A stretch of 64,000 nt of DNA from Bacillales bacterium (lineage in GTDB: Bacteria; Bacillota_I; Bacilli_A; Izemoplasmatales; UBA1188), in the NCBI GenBank assembly GCA_020633845.1, contig JACKCW010000002.1, positions 14,332 through 78,331 on the forward strand, read 5' to 3'. The notes under the pieces were generated by a model. It did not search any database. It saw only the letters and a list, made by a program, of their open reading frames with translations, and had not been told where the DNA came from. Shown piece by piece: positions 28,286 through 37,411 of this stretch (the first letter of the stretch is position 1; each line of letters starts with the position of its first letter). A program made the position numbers and the translations under genes.

Positions 28286-29018
28286 TTAATTCTTCCGGAG
28301 AACTCCATTTAATTCCGAATTCTCTTTCCAATATGTCTTTCTTCATATCAAAATACTTATGATAATTTATTTCATTGTCTTCTTCTTTTATTTTATCAAC
28401 GATTTCCTTTTCAATTTCCAGACTTATCTTTCTATAATTATCCGTATCTTCAATCGGATCTCTAAGAGATGTACTTATTTTTCCGGCCATCACGGCACTT
28501 TTAATCGAATTTACTTTTGATTTATCATAGGATAAAAAAAGATAATTATCCAAATCGTCATTTCTTAATTTTTCTATTTCGTAGAGAGTGGCGATGCTTC
28601 TTTTTAGGTTAAAGCCTACAGAGTAAACCTTAATCGAATAAATTGCCGTATCAAAGGCTTTTGAATAAGCTCCAATACTAATATAGTCCGCAGAAAGATC
28701 TAAAAGAAAAGCGTTGTTGTCGGCATAAAGTTTTTGGTCTTCGCTTTCAAGAATTGCTCTTTTGTAAAGAGATGAAACCTGATCTAGTATTTTTTCGAAT
28801 TCTGCAAATTCTTGTCTGTTTTTATAAAATGAAGCTAACCAATACAAAGTTTTAGCTTCCAAATCTAGATAGCCGATACGACGATAAATGGAACATAGTT
28901 CCATAATTGATTCTTTACCCTTCTCGATATCGTTTATATTTCGATAGTATATGCATTCTTCGGAAAGGGACTGAATCATTTCCTTATTGGCTTTGTATTG
29001 TTCCTCATCGCCGCTCAT
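28275..29018 (-). CDS. Uncharacterised helical (TPR-like) cytoplasmic protein
   Basis: Helical repeat-like composition with no catalytic motif. I prefer the start MSGDEEQYK (GAGGT SD) to the ORF-track TTG start. Confidence 0.5.
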   Translation of the reverse strand: MSGDEEQYKANKEMIQSLSEECIYYRNINDIEKGKESIMELCSIYRRIGYLDLEAKTLYWLASFYKNRQEFAEFEKILDQVSSLYKRAILESEDQKLYADNNAFLLDLSADYISIGAYSKAFDTAIYSIKVYSVGFNLKRSIATLYEIEKLRNDDLDNYLFLSYDKSKVNSIKSAVMAGKISTSLRDPIEDTDNYRKISLEIEKEIVDKIKEEDNEINYHKYFDMKKDILEREFGIKWSSPEELKKK

Positions 29019-29038
29019 ATAATACCTCAAACAAATAC

Positions 29039-30736
29039 TTAAGATACTGCAATAATATAACTATAGATATCCTGGTCACCGGAAATCTCTCCGATTTCCA
29101 AATTAGGATGTTTTTCTCTTACTGCAAGTTTGCTGGCTATTTTTTGCTCTTCATCAACATCTTTTCCGTATATAACTAAAAGTAGTTCTTTCTCGTCTAT
29201 CGAAGGTACTTTATCAATAGTACTTGTCAAACAATTTATTTTTTCCTCAGCGTCCACTAATAGTTTGTTGTCCATAATTCCAATATAGTGTCCTTTAGTA
29301 ACGGAAACTCCAGAAATCTTCGTTGTTCTGGTTGCTGTCGTTATCTCGATTGAGTTTATATCTTTGATTGACATATTAATGTCATCAATGATGGAATTAG
29401 CATCTTCGGCATCAAAAGAAAACATAGAAGCCGCAATATAACCTTGAGCCAAAGTCTTTGAATGAATCACAATAATTTTAACTTCCGGATTAGTTTCTGA
29501 GTATATTTTAGCTGCTTGCTCAGCCGTTAAAATAATATTTGAATTATTCGGCAAAACAAAAATGTTTTCGGCGTCCAGTTCATCAAAAGCCTTGATGAAA
29601 TCCTTGGCGGAAGGGTTCATCGTTTGTTTGCCATCAACAATGCCATCAACACCAAGATCAAGGAAAGCTTTCGTTAATCCTTCGCCTTGACATACAACTA
29701 CAGAAGCATATTTTTTATGAATTTTTTTCTTGGCGCTATTTTTCTTTCCAACAATAATCTGGTTATGTTGAAGAGACATATTTTCGATTTTTAAAGTTAA
29801 AAACTCTCCCCACATTTTTACATGGGATAAAATGGCCCCCGGATCCTTGGTATGAACGTGAGTTTTTATAACGCTGCCGTCTTTAAAACACACAATCGAA
29901 TCACCCTGTGTTTTAAGATAGTCAATGATAATTTTTTCATCAAAATTTTCTACATCAACTTTTGATGTTTGAAGTTGAAGAATAAATTCCGTACAATATC
30001 CAAAATCGAGAACAGAATTTTCGTTGAAAGCAGATAAATCTACTGCAGTTGGAACATTAGGCTGCTCGTGATATACTTCATCATACTGTATCTTTTTATC
30101 ATTTAGTTCGCTGCCTTCTAGATAAGCCTTGAATCCTTCAAAAATATATACTAAACCTGCTCCTCCGGAGTCAATAACGTCGGCTTCTTTTAAAACCGGA
30201 AGAATTTCTTTCGTATTTTGGAGAGAAATATGAGCCTGTTTTAAAAGGTTGCATATATAAGAATAAATTGTTGAAGAAATATTTTTGGTGGCATATGCCG
30301 CTGATTCCTTGATTACCGTAAGAATGGTTCCTTCAACCGGATTAACGACGGCTCCGTAAGCTTGACGAACTGCATAACGGAAAGCGCGACTTAGTCCGGC
30401 AGTCGAAACGTTCTTTTTTTGTTCAAGTCCAAAAGAAAATCCTCTAAATATTTGGGAAAGAATTACGCCGGAGTTTCCTCTAGCCCCCAAAAGCATTCCT
30501 TTTGACAAATCTTGAGCAACTTTAAAAAGAGGCTCTTTTTCTTTGCCTTCTATTACTTCATATCCGGTTTCAATTGTTCTTCTCATATTTGTTCCGGTAT
30601 CTCCATCGGGAACCGGGAATACATTTAAGTCATTAACTTCCTGATAATGATTTTTTAGATTCAGCATTCCATATTTTATCATTCCGATAAAATGTGCCGA
30701 GTCTAAAACTCTCATTTCTCTATAATCGTTATTCAT
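29039..30736 (-). CDS. fakA: DAK2-domain protein YloV / fatty acid kinase subunit FakA-like
   Basis: DhaL-type motif FPVPDGDTGTNM; 565 aa with a YloV-like C-terminal domain. Confidence 0.8.
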   Translation of the reverse strand: MNNDYREMRVLDSAHFIGMIKYGMLNLKNHYQEVNDLNVFPVPDGDTGTNMRRTIETGYEVIEGKEKEPLFKVAQDLSKGMLLGARGNSGVILSQIFRGFSFGLEQKKNVSTAGLSRAFRYAVRQAYGAVVNPVEGTILTVIKESAAYATKNISSTIYSYICNLLKQAHISLQNTKEILPVLKEADVIDSGGAGLVYIFEGFKAYLEGSELNDKKIQYDEVYHEQPNVPTAVDLSAFNENSVLDFGYCTEFILQLQTSKVDVENFDEKIIIDYLKTQGDSIVCFKDGSVIKTHVHTKDPGAILSHVKMWGEFLTLKIENMSLQHNQIIVGKKNSAKKKIHKKYASVVVCQGEGLTKAFLDLGVDGIVDGKQTMNPSAKDFIKAFDELDAENIFVLPNNSNIILTAEQAAKIYSETNPEVKIIVIHSKTLAQGYIAASMFSFDAEDANSIIDDINMSIKDINSIEITTATRTTKISGVSVTKGHYIGIMDNKLLVDAEEKINCLTSTIDKVPSIDEKELLLVIYGKDVDEEQKIASKLAVREKHPNLEIGEISGDQDIYSYIIAVS

Positions 30737-30872
30737 AAAATCTCCTCGTGGATTTATTTATAATAATTTACGCGGGTAACGGACTATTAAGCTATTTTTA
30801 CAAGCCGTTCCGATTTTCATCTTAAAACTATAGTTTTAAAAAATCAAGTAATATAAAACGACTAATTTCAAG

Positions 30873-30900
30873 TTGACAGATTAATTATATCATTTATAAT
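30873..30900 (+). promoter_or_regulatory. Near-consensus promoter for the TetR gene (TTGACA-16-TATAAT)
   Basis: TTGACA at 30873..30878 and TATAAT at 30895..30900. Confidence 0.6.
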
Positions 30901-30928
30901 TAATGTGACAATAGACATTTTAGTATAT

Positions 30929-30946
30929 ATGTCGCTTAAACGACAT
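30929..30946. promoter_or_regulatory. Palindromic candidate TetR operator ATGTCG-N6-CGACAT
   Basis: A perfect 6-6-6 dyad between the promoter and the TetR start. A further ATGT/ACAT pair lies at 30903..30918. Confidence 0.4.
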
Positions 30947-30980
30947 TTGTATTAAAAAAGATTATTTTCAGGAGAAAAAA

Positions 30981-31553
30981 ATGAAAAAAGATCTGCGAAT
31001 AGTAAAGACAGAACGAAACATTAAGAACGCTTTTGTCCAACTCATTATGGAAAAAAGTTATAAGAACGTAAAAATAAAAGATATTGTCGAAAGAGCGATG
31101 ATAAACAGAAATACTTTTTATCTGCACTATTCTTCCAAAGAAAATCTGGTGGATGCCGTCATCAACGATGCAACAAAAACACTAAGCGAAAGACTGAATC
31201 CTCGGCGTAGTTCACCTATCATCAATGACACCGAAGTTATTTCTGTTTACATAAATAAACTTCTGGAAATATTAAAAGAATATAAGTCACTTCTAAAGGC
31301 TGTTCTTCTGGACCCGGGACTTACCGGGTACTTCTTTTCTTTTAAATCAACTCTTACTGAAAGATTACTTAATTATGTCGATAAATCTTTGACAAAGAAT
31401 AAAATCATTGTCAGCTTTGCTTTATCCGGTTTATATGGTGTTATAGAGAGATGGATAATGTATGATGATTTAACACAAAAAGATATTTCTGAAGAATGCG
31501 CTAAACTTTGCGTAGCCTGCGTGAAAGGTGCTTCATATAAAGATAAAAGGTGA
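30981..31553 (+). CDS. TetR/AcrR-family transcriptional regulator
   Basis: N-terminal HTH (IVKTERNIKNAFVQLIMEKSYKNVKIKDIVERAMINRNTFYLHY). Confidence 0.85.
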   Translation: MKKDLRIVKTERNIKNAFVQLIMEKSYKNVKIKDIVERAMINRNTFYLHYSSKENLVDAVINDATKTLSERLNPRRSSPIINDTEVISVYINKLLEILKEYKSLLKAVLLDPGLTGYFFSFKSTLTERLLNYVDKSLTKNKIIVSFALSGLYGVIERWIMYDDLTQKDISEECAKLCVACVKGASYKDKR

Positions 31554-31568
31554 CAAAATGTCACCTTT
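31546..31568. terminator. Bidirectional terminator between the TetR gene and the ABC ATPase gene
   Basis: AAAGGTGACA / AAA / TGTCACCTTT. Confidence 0.6.
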
Positions 31569-32350
31569 TATAATGCTATATTGGCATCGCCGTCATCATC
31601 AAACTTCTTAAGTAGGTCTTCTTTGGTCAGCGTCTTTTTTTCATCTCCGGAAACATCAAAAATAATTTTTCCTTCTTTCATCATAATTAATCTGGTTCCA
31701 TAGTCAATCGCATCTTTCATATTATGAGTGATCATAAGTGTCGTTATTTTGCTTTCCTTGACCACTAGATCCGTAATTGATAGAACCAATTTTGCTGTTT
31801 TTGGATCGAGAGCCGCTGTGTGTTCATCAAGAAGCAGAATATCCGGTTTCGATAAAGTGGCCATCAGGAGAGTTAACGCCTGTCTTTGTCCACCGGATAA
31901 CAATCCTACTTTTTGATCCATTCTCGTATCAAGTCCTAAATTAAGTGTTTTAAGCGATTCTGCAAACTTTGTTCTGAGTTTTTTGTCGAATCCCCAACGT
32001 AATCCTTTCTTTTTATCTCTTCTATAAGCCAGCATCATGTTTTCAATAATCGACATTCCAGGAGCCGTACCTAAATTCGGATCTTGGAATACTCTTCCTA
32101 AATACTTCGCTCTTTTATGCTCATCAATAGAAGTAACATCAATTCCCTTAATCATTATTTTCCCGTAATCTAGGTTTATTACTCCTGATATTGCATTCAT
32201 CAAAGTAGATTTCCCGCTTCCGTTTCCACCGATTATGGTTACAAATTCTCCCTCTTTAACCGAAAGAGATAGGTCATCAAGAGCGATTCTGTCGTCTAAT
32301 GGGTTGTTAGTCAAATTAAATGTTTTCTTTGCGTGTTCAATCTCTAGCAA
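31568..32350 (-). CDS. ABC transporter ATP-binding protein (COG1101-type)
   Basis: Walker A GGNGSGKST, signature LSGGQRQ and Walker B LLLDEHTAALD. Confidence 0.88.
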   Translation of the reverse strand: MLEIEHAKKTFNLTNNPLDDRIALDDLSLSVKEGEFVTIIGGNGSGKSTLMNAISGVINLDYGKIMIKGIDVTSIDEHKRAKYLGRVFQDPNLGTAPGMSIIENMMLAYRRDKKKGLRWGFDKKLRTKFAESLKTLNLGLDTRMDQKVGLLSGGQRQALTLLMATLSKPDILLLDEHTAALDPKTAKLVLSITDLVVKESKITTLMITHNMKDAIDYGTRLIMMKEGKIIFDVSGDEKKTLTKEDLLKKFDDDGDANIAL

Positions 32351-33344
32351 GGCCGTTCCCTCCTATTACCTGTTTTTTATTCTTCTTGATATGCGATATA
32401 ACAAGCACCACCACAATTAAAACGGCATAGAGAAGTTTTAAATAATGTGGCTCTAGAAGGCCGGTATTTATTACTGTCGATATTATCATGTAGTAAATAA
32501 TAGCTCCAACAACTACGGCTATCAGATTACGTTTGAAAGTTTTCCTTCCAACAATTGCCTCACCAATAATTATGGAAGCCAGTCCAATTACAAGAACTCC
32601 GACGCCCATATTAGAACTTGTACTTCCGGAAACTTGCGAACTAAGTCCACCTCCCAAAGATATTAAAGCGTTCGATATTGCTAAACCAAGAATAGTCATG
32701 TTATCCGTATCTATCCCTTGCGCTCTAGCCATTACCCCGTTCATACCGGTAGCTCTGACACCCATACCTATTTCGGTTCCATAAAAATAATATACGATTA
32801 TCATTACTGCTACGGTGATGACAATGAGAAGTAAAATCGCCGAATACAGCGGTTTAAACCAAGATAAACCCAAAGTTGAATTGAAGAAAGCATAAAGGGA
32901 ATAGTAGAAACGATTACCTATTGATGTAGTAATATAATTCGTGTTGGATGTGAGTATGTTAAAGGGTTGACTAGAAGTCTGTGCCTTATAAATACCCATA
33001 ATGACAAGATTGATTGTAAAAAGCGCGGTCATAGTAATGATACCGGATAATAAAGCCGGTATCTTTAATTTAGTACATAAAAGGCCAGTAACCGAGCCGG
33101 CAAAAAATCCGGCTACTGATGCAAAAAGAAGGGCGATAAACGGATTGACCCCGCTATAAACAAGGACAGCGGTTACTGCTCCCCCAAGGGTGAAACTGCC
33201 CTCGGCTCCGAGATCGGCAAAATCTAATATTCTATAGGAAAGAAAGATGCCGAGAGCAAGCATTGCATAAGGAAGCCCGCTTGAAAAAGTATCAAGGGCG
33301 ATTCCGGTAACAATTTGCCATCCGGTTTGCGCCAAAACTAACAT
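32337..33344 (-). CDS. ABC transporter permease (COG4120-type)
   Basis: A polytopic, Gly-rich, BPD_transp_2-like protein that sits between the SBP and ATPase genes. Confidence 0.8.
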   Translation of the reverse strand: MLVLAQTGWQIVTGIALDTFSSGLPYAMLALGIFLSYRILDFADLGAEGSFTLGGAVTAVLVYSGVNPFIALLFASVAGFFAGSVTGLLCTKLKIPALLSGIITMTALFTINLVIMGIYKAQTSSQPFNILTSNTNYITTSIGNRFYYSLYAFFNSTLGLSWFKPLYSAILLLIVITVAVMIIVYYFYGTEIGMGVRATGMNGVMARAQGIDTDNMTILGLAISNALISLGGGLSSQVSGSTSSNMGVGVLVIGLASIIIGEAIVGRKTFKRNLIAVVVGAIIYYMIISTVINTGLLEPHYLKLLYAVLIVVVLVISHIKKNKKQVIGGNGLARD

Positions 33345-33345
33345 G

Positions 33346-34317
33346 CTAGTTACCCTGAAGCGCGCTTCTTACAGTATCAGGGTTAAGTCCTATTGCAGTA
33401 AGACTGGTTTCGTTTAAAACCACCAATAAATCGCTGAGTCCGTTTCCGACCGGGATTTCCGCTACTGATTTTCCATTTAATATTTCGACAGCCATTTCTC
33501 CGGTTTGAACGCCTAGAGCCGCGTAATCTATACTGTATGTCACACAACCGCCTTTGGTTGTCATTGATTCTTCGCCGCATACTGTTAATATTCCGGCATC
33601 AATCATTGCATCGGCAATAGTTTGAATATTTGATGCTACTAGATTGTCCGTCGGAAGGAATAATGCATCAATATCCGAGTTACTGATAGCTGTTAATGTT
33701 GCGTTTAATTCGGATACTTCATTAACTGTCCAGGTTTCAAATCCCAGGTTCTGGCTTGTGGCTTCCGTTTGAGCAGCGGTTGCTTGAACTTGCGAATTAA
33801 CCTCGGAAGAATGATATAAGACACCAATTTCTGTGGCATTTGGAAGAATCTTTTTTACCATTTGAATTTGCTTGGCAACATCACTTGCATCAGATGTACC
33901 AGTAACATTGTTATCAGTTACATCAAGAGCCGTTACCAGGCCGGCAGCCACCGGATCAGTTACGGCTGTAAAGAGAATTGGGATATCTGATCCTTCGTTT
34001 TCTCTCGCGTTTTTAAGAGCGACAGCGGCATCAGTCGCGATACCAAGAACGATGTCACAACTTCTAACAAGTTCTGAAGCATATGAGTTTAAAGCAACTG
34101 AATCAGCCTCTGGATTTCTAAATTCAATAACAATATTATCTCCATCGACGAAGCCTCCGTCGGCTAACGCTTCTTCAAACCCAGTCGTGCAAGCATCAAG
34201 AGCGTCGTGTGTTACTAGTTGGAGAATACCAACTGTGGTTGTCTTTGTGCACCCAGCAAGGCTAAAAGACAAAGCTAACGTGAATACCAAACTTAATACA
34301 GTAATAATTTTTTTCAT
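33346..34317 (-). CDS. ABC transporter substrate-binding lipoprotein (COG2984 / ABC_sub_bind type)
   Basis: Lipobox FSLAGC, and the sequence ILQLVTHDALD...LFTAVTDPV is typical of this family. Confidence 0.8.
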   Translation of the reverse strand: MKKIITVLSLVFTLALSFSLAGCTKTTTVGILQLVTHDALDACTTGFEEALADGGFVDGDNIVIEFRNPEADSVALNSYASELVRSCDIVLGIATDAAVALKNARENEGSDIPILFTAVTDPVAAGLVTALDVTDNNVTGTSDASDVAKQIQMVKKILPNATEIGVLYHSSEVNSQVQATAAQTEATSQNLGFETWTVNEVSELNATLTAISNSDIDALFLPTDNLVASNIQTIADAMIDAGILTVCGEESMTTKGGCVTYSIDYAALGVQTGEMAVEILNGKSVAEIPVGNGLSDLLVVLNETSLTAIGLNPDTVRSALQGN

Positions 34318-34346
34318 ATAATTTCTCCTTTTTTAAAGTTTTTTTC

Positions 34347-34380
34347 AAATAAAAATGCGTTACTACCGAAGTAATAACGC
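34347..34380 (-). terminator. Leader terminator (attenuator) upstream of the ABC importer
   Basis: Minus-strand RNA GCGUUAUUAC-UUCG-GUAGUAACGC (10 bp, C(UUCG)G tetraloop) followed by AUUUUUAUUU. It lies 30 nt before the SBP start codon region. Confidence 0.75.
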
Positions 34381-34482
34381 AAAATTATATAGGAGGGGGC
34401 CGTTATTACTTCTAATACTTAATTGTCGTATTATCTGTAATAACTGGAGGGGGAATACTTCTACTTTAAAAAGCCAAGTCGA

Positions 34483-34551
34483 TTACAGATTGCTCGGATA
34501 ATAATAGTAGAAGTAATAATATTGGCATGATTTAGCTGATTTTATATTCAT
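34483..34551 (-). CDS. 22-codon Tyr/Phe-rich leader peptide MNIKSAKSCQYYYFYYYYPSNL
   Basis: AGGAGG SD 5 nt upstream of the ATG at 34551 and TAA at 34485..34483. It has eight consecutive aromatic codons, and their sequence is repeated in the downstream RNA elements. Confidence 0.7.
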   Translation of the reverse strand: MNIKSAKSCQYYYFYYYYPSNL

Positions 34552-34581
34552 AGTATCCTCCTAAACTACCAACTTTTCCTA

Positions 34582-34609
34582 ATTATATACCTAGATTAAA
34601 TAAAATCAA
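34582..34609 (-). promoter_or_regulatory. Promoter of the leader/ABC importer operon (TTGATT-16-TATAAT)
   Basis: The -35 at 34609..34604 overlaps the ATPase stop codon, and the -10 lies at 34587..34582. Confidence 0.55.
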
Positions 34610-37386
34610 GACTTTTTTAAAACTTTTTTGATTTGTCTTACCAAAAAAGCGATTTCATGAACCACAAGCGGCAAAATAGATATTCCAAGAGTAATCAACC
34701 ATTCTTGCCAAGTTAGGTTGGCGGTTGAAAATAGTGTTCTGACTGAAGGCACTTCAATCACGAAAAGTTGAAGGGCAATACCGAAAAGGAAGGCGATAAG
34801 CATCATCCGGTTTTTATCTTTAAATACATGAACAAAAGATTTTCTGGTATTACTCATACCAATCATATGGAATAATTCAGCAAAACCGAGAGAAGTGAAG
34901 GCCATGGTTTGAGCTTGGAAAAGATAAACCGGGTCAGAATAAAGAGTTCTTATGGCATTATATGTGTATGCATCATTAAGCCAAGCGGTAGCAAGGAAGC
35001 CGATAAAAACACCAATGCTAATTACAAGGCCATAAAGAAGTGTGGTTCTCATACCACCGTTCGCGAATATTCCCTCTTTTGGATCACGAGGACTATCACT
35101 CATATTATTTGGATCCTTCGGGTCCATACCAAGCGCAATAGCCGGAAGTGAATCGGTTATAAGATTTATCCATAAAAGATGGATAGCAAGAAGCGGAGCT
35201 GGAAGTCCTATACAAATAACCGCGAACATTACCAAAACTTCGGCTATATTGCTGCTAATTAAGAATATAACGGTCTTTTTGATATTGGAGTAGATTCCTC
35301 TTCCTTCTTCTACCGCTTTCTCGATAGAAGCGAAATTATCATCAGCTAAAACCATATCGGAAGCTTCTTTTGATACATCCGTTCCGGTGATACCCATTGC
35401 AATACCGATATCCGCTCTTTTGAGGGACGGAGCATCGTTAACTCCATCACCGGTCATTGCGCAGATATTGCCGTTTTCTTGGAACGCTCTAACAATTTCC
35501 ACTTTGTTTTCCGGCGATACTCTGGCAAATACTCGCGCGGTTTTACATTTTTCTCTTAATTCTTCCGGAGAGAGAAGGTCAATATCCTTTCCTTGAAGAC
35601 AATCCTCTTTTCTCTCCACAATCCCAAGATCATGAGCTATCGCAAAAGCTGTATCAATATGATCCCCAGTAATCATTACGGTCGTAATTCCGGCATTTCT
35701 AAATTTAATTACCGCCGGTTTAGCTTCCGGACGAGCCGGGTCAATCATCGCCACTAGGCCGACAAAAATTAGTTTTTCTTCTTCTATAGACTCTTTTTCG
35801 TCATAAGCAAGCGCTAGAACACGCAAAGCTTTTGAAGCAAAAAGTTCGTTTATTTCATATATTTTTTCAACATCTTTTTCAGTTATATTTCTGACTTTAC
35901 CGTTTTCAAGAATCCTATCAGTATGAAGAAGAATACTATCTAAAGCTCCTTTTGTATACATAATAGACTTGTCATCATTAACAAAATGCATAGTAGACAT
36001 CATCTTTCTCACACTGTCGAAAGGAAGTTCGTCAATTCTTGGATGGGACTCCGATAAATCTTTTTTATGCATGTTAAATTCGTTAGAAAAAGCGACTAAT
36101 GCAATCTCTGTCGGATCGCCGAATAATCCTTCATCAATAGTTGCGTTGGAGCAAAGAGACATTCCTCTTGCCAAAAACTTTAAATCCTGATTATCATTTT
36201 CCTCATTGAAATCATCGCTTTTATATATACTCCCGTCAACATAAGCTTCGAGAACAGTCATTTTATTTTGCGTTAAGGTTCCGGTTTTATCCGAACAAAC
36301 AACACTAACCGCCCCGAGAGTTTCCACGCTGGCCAGTTTTCTTACAATAGTATTGGCCTTAACCATTCTTTGAACACCAATTGAAAGAACAATGGTGACA
36401 ACGGCTGGAAGTCCTTCCGGAATAGCTGCTACCGCAAGAGCAATTGATGAAAGAATCGCTTCAATCCAAGATTGTATATCTCCTTGTCCGTGATCAACAA
36501 AAATCCACACGATATCGGCAATTAAAACAGCGACAACCACCACTAAAGTTAAAATTCCCAATGTCTTGGATAATTTAGCCAACACTTTTTGAAGTGGGGT
36601 CATTTGTTCTTCAGAATCTAGGGCTTTGGCTATTTTACCGATTTCGGTGCCCATTCCTATTTCTGTGACAATACCGATACCTCTTCCGTATACAATCGGG
36701 GTCGACATGTATACTATATTACATCTATCACCAATTCCGACCGGTTTCGAGAAAGTATACTTTGCATCTTTTTCGACCGGCACCGATTCTCCGGTCAAGG
36801 AAGATTCGTTCGCCTTAAGATTATGAGATTCGATTAGTCTCATATCGGCACCGACAGTGTCTCCTTCTTCTAGAATGACAACATCCCCTCTTACCAGTTC
36901 GCTTGATCTAATTTTAATTCTTTCTCCATTTCTAATAACTAAAGATTCCGGAGAAGACATACTTTTAAGAGCGTCTAAAGATGTTTGTGCCTTGACCTCT
37001 TGAATTGTTCCGATTACGGCGTTCATGATAATTACCGCGAGAATAATAACTACGTCCGGCCAGTCTCCGGCCTCGACGAAACTAAAATGCCCATAGGTTC
37101 TTACATATTCGATAGTATCAAAAATAGAAATGCCTATTGTAAGAATAATGGCTCCGAAAAGCACAAAAATCGTGGGGTTATTCATCTGTTCGAAGAATAT
37201 CCTTATCCACGATTTTTTCTTTTTTTCATCAAGCTTGTTAAGACCGTCTCTTTCCAGCCTTTTTTTCGCTTCAGCGCTTGTTAAACCAGACTTTGAATTG
37301 GTTTCTAAAGCATTTATTGCTTGTTCAATTGTAAAAGATTCGTAAGAAATCTTTTGTTTACTGTCGGCAGCGTTTATAGCCTCCAT
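34606..37386 (-). CDS. P-type (type II, PMCA/SERCA-like) cation-transporting ATPase; probable Mn2+/Ca2+ exporter
   Basis: CSDKTGTLT phosphorylation motif, TGES, MITGD, GDGVNDAP and about ten TM helices. It is preceded by a yybP-ykoY riboswitch. Confidence 0.88.
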   Translation of the reverse strand: MEAINAADSKQKISYESFTIEQAINALETNSKSGLTSAEAKKRLERDGLNKLDEKKKKSWIRIFFEQMNNPTIFVLFGAIILTIGISIFDTIEYVRTYGHFSFVEAGDWPDVVIILAVIIMNAVIGTIQEVKAQTSLDALKSMSSPESLVIRNGERIKIRSSELVRGDVVILEEGDTVGADMRLIESHNLKANESSLTGESVPVEKDAKYTFSKPVGIGDRCNIVYMSTPIVYGRGIGIVTEIGMGTEIGKIAKALDSEEQMTPLQKVLAKLSKTLGILTLVVVVAVLIADIVWIFVDHGQGDIQSWIEAILSSIALAVAAIPEGLPAVVTIVLSIGVQRMVKANTIVRKLASVETLGAVSVVCSDKTGTLTQNKMTVLEAYVDGSIYKSDDFNEENDNQDLKFLARGMSLCSNATIDEGLFGDPTEIALVAFSNEFNMHKKDLSESHPRIDELPFDSVRKMMSTMHFVNDDKSIMYTKGALDSILLHTDRILENGKVRNITEKDVEKIYEINELFASKALRVLALAYDEKESIEEEKLIFVGLVAMIDPARPEAKPAVIKFRNAGITTVMITGDHIDTAFAIAHDLGIVERKEDCLQGKDIDLLSPEELREKCKTARVFARVSPENKVEIVRAFQENGNICAMTGDGVNDAPSLKRADIGIAMGITGTDVSKEASDMVLADDNFASIEKAVEEGRGIYSNIKKTVIFLISSNIAEVLVMFAVICIGLPAPLLAIHLLWINLITDSLPAIALGMDPKDPNNMSDSPRDPKEGIFANGGMRTTLLYGLVISIGVFIGFLATAWLNDAYTYNAIRTLYSDPVYLFQAQTMAFTSLGFAELFHMIGMSNTRKSFVHVFKDKNRMMLIAFLFGIALQLFVIEVPSVRTLFSTANLTWQEWLITLGISILPLVVHEIAFLVRQIKKVLKKS

Positions 37387-37411
37387 AATAATCCTCCCTA
37401 AATAGAAATTT

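Noticed and set aside
34483-34551. The Tyr-rich 22-aa peptide as a RiPP or bacteriocin precursor.
   Set aside because: There are no modification, export or immunity genes adjacent. The peptide-coding sequence is precisely complementary to downstream RNA elements that flank a terminator, which points to a regulatory leader.
34318-34605. A T-box leader, which I expected upstream of the COG2984-family ABC importer.
   Set aside because: I found no T-box consensus (AANNNGGGUGGNACCGCG-like) or specifier-loop layout on the minus strand. The region is better explained by the leader-peptide attenuator.
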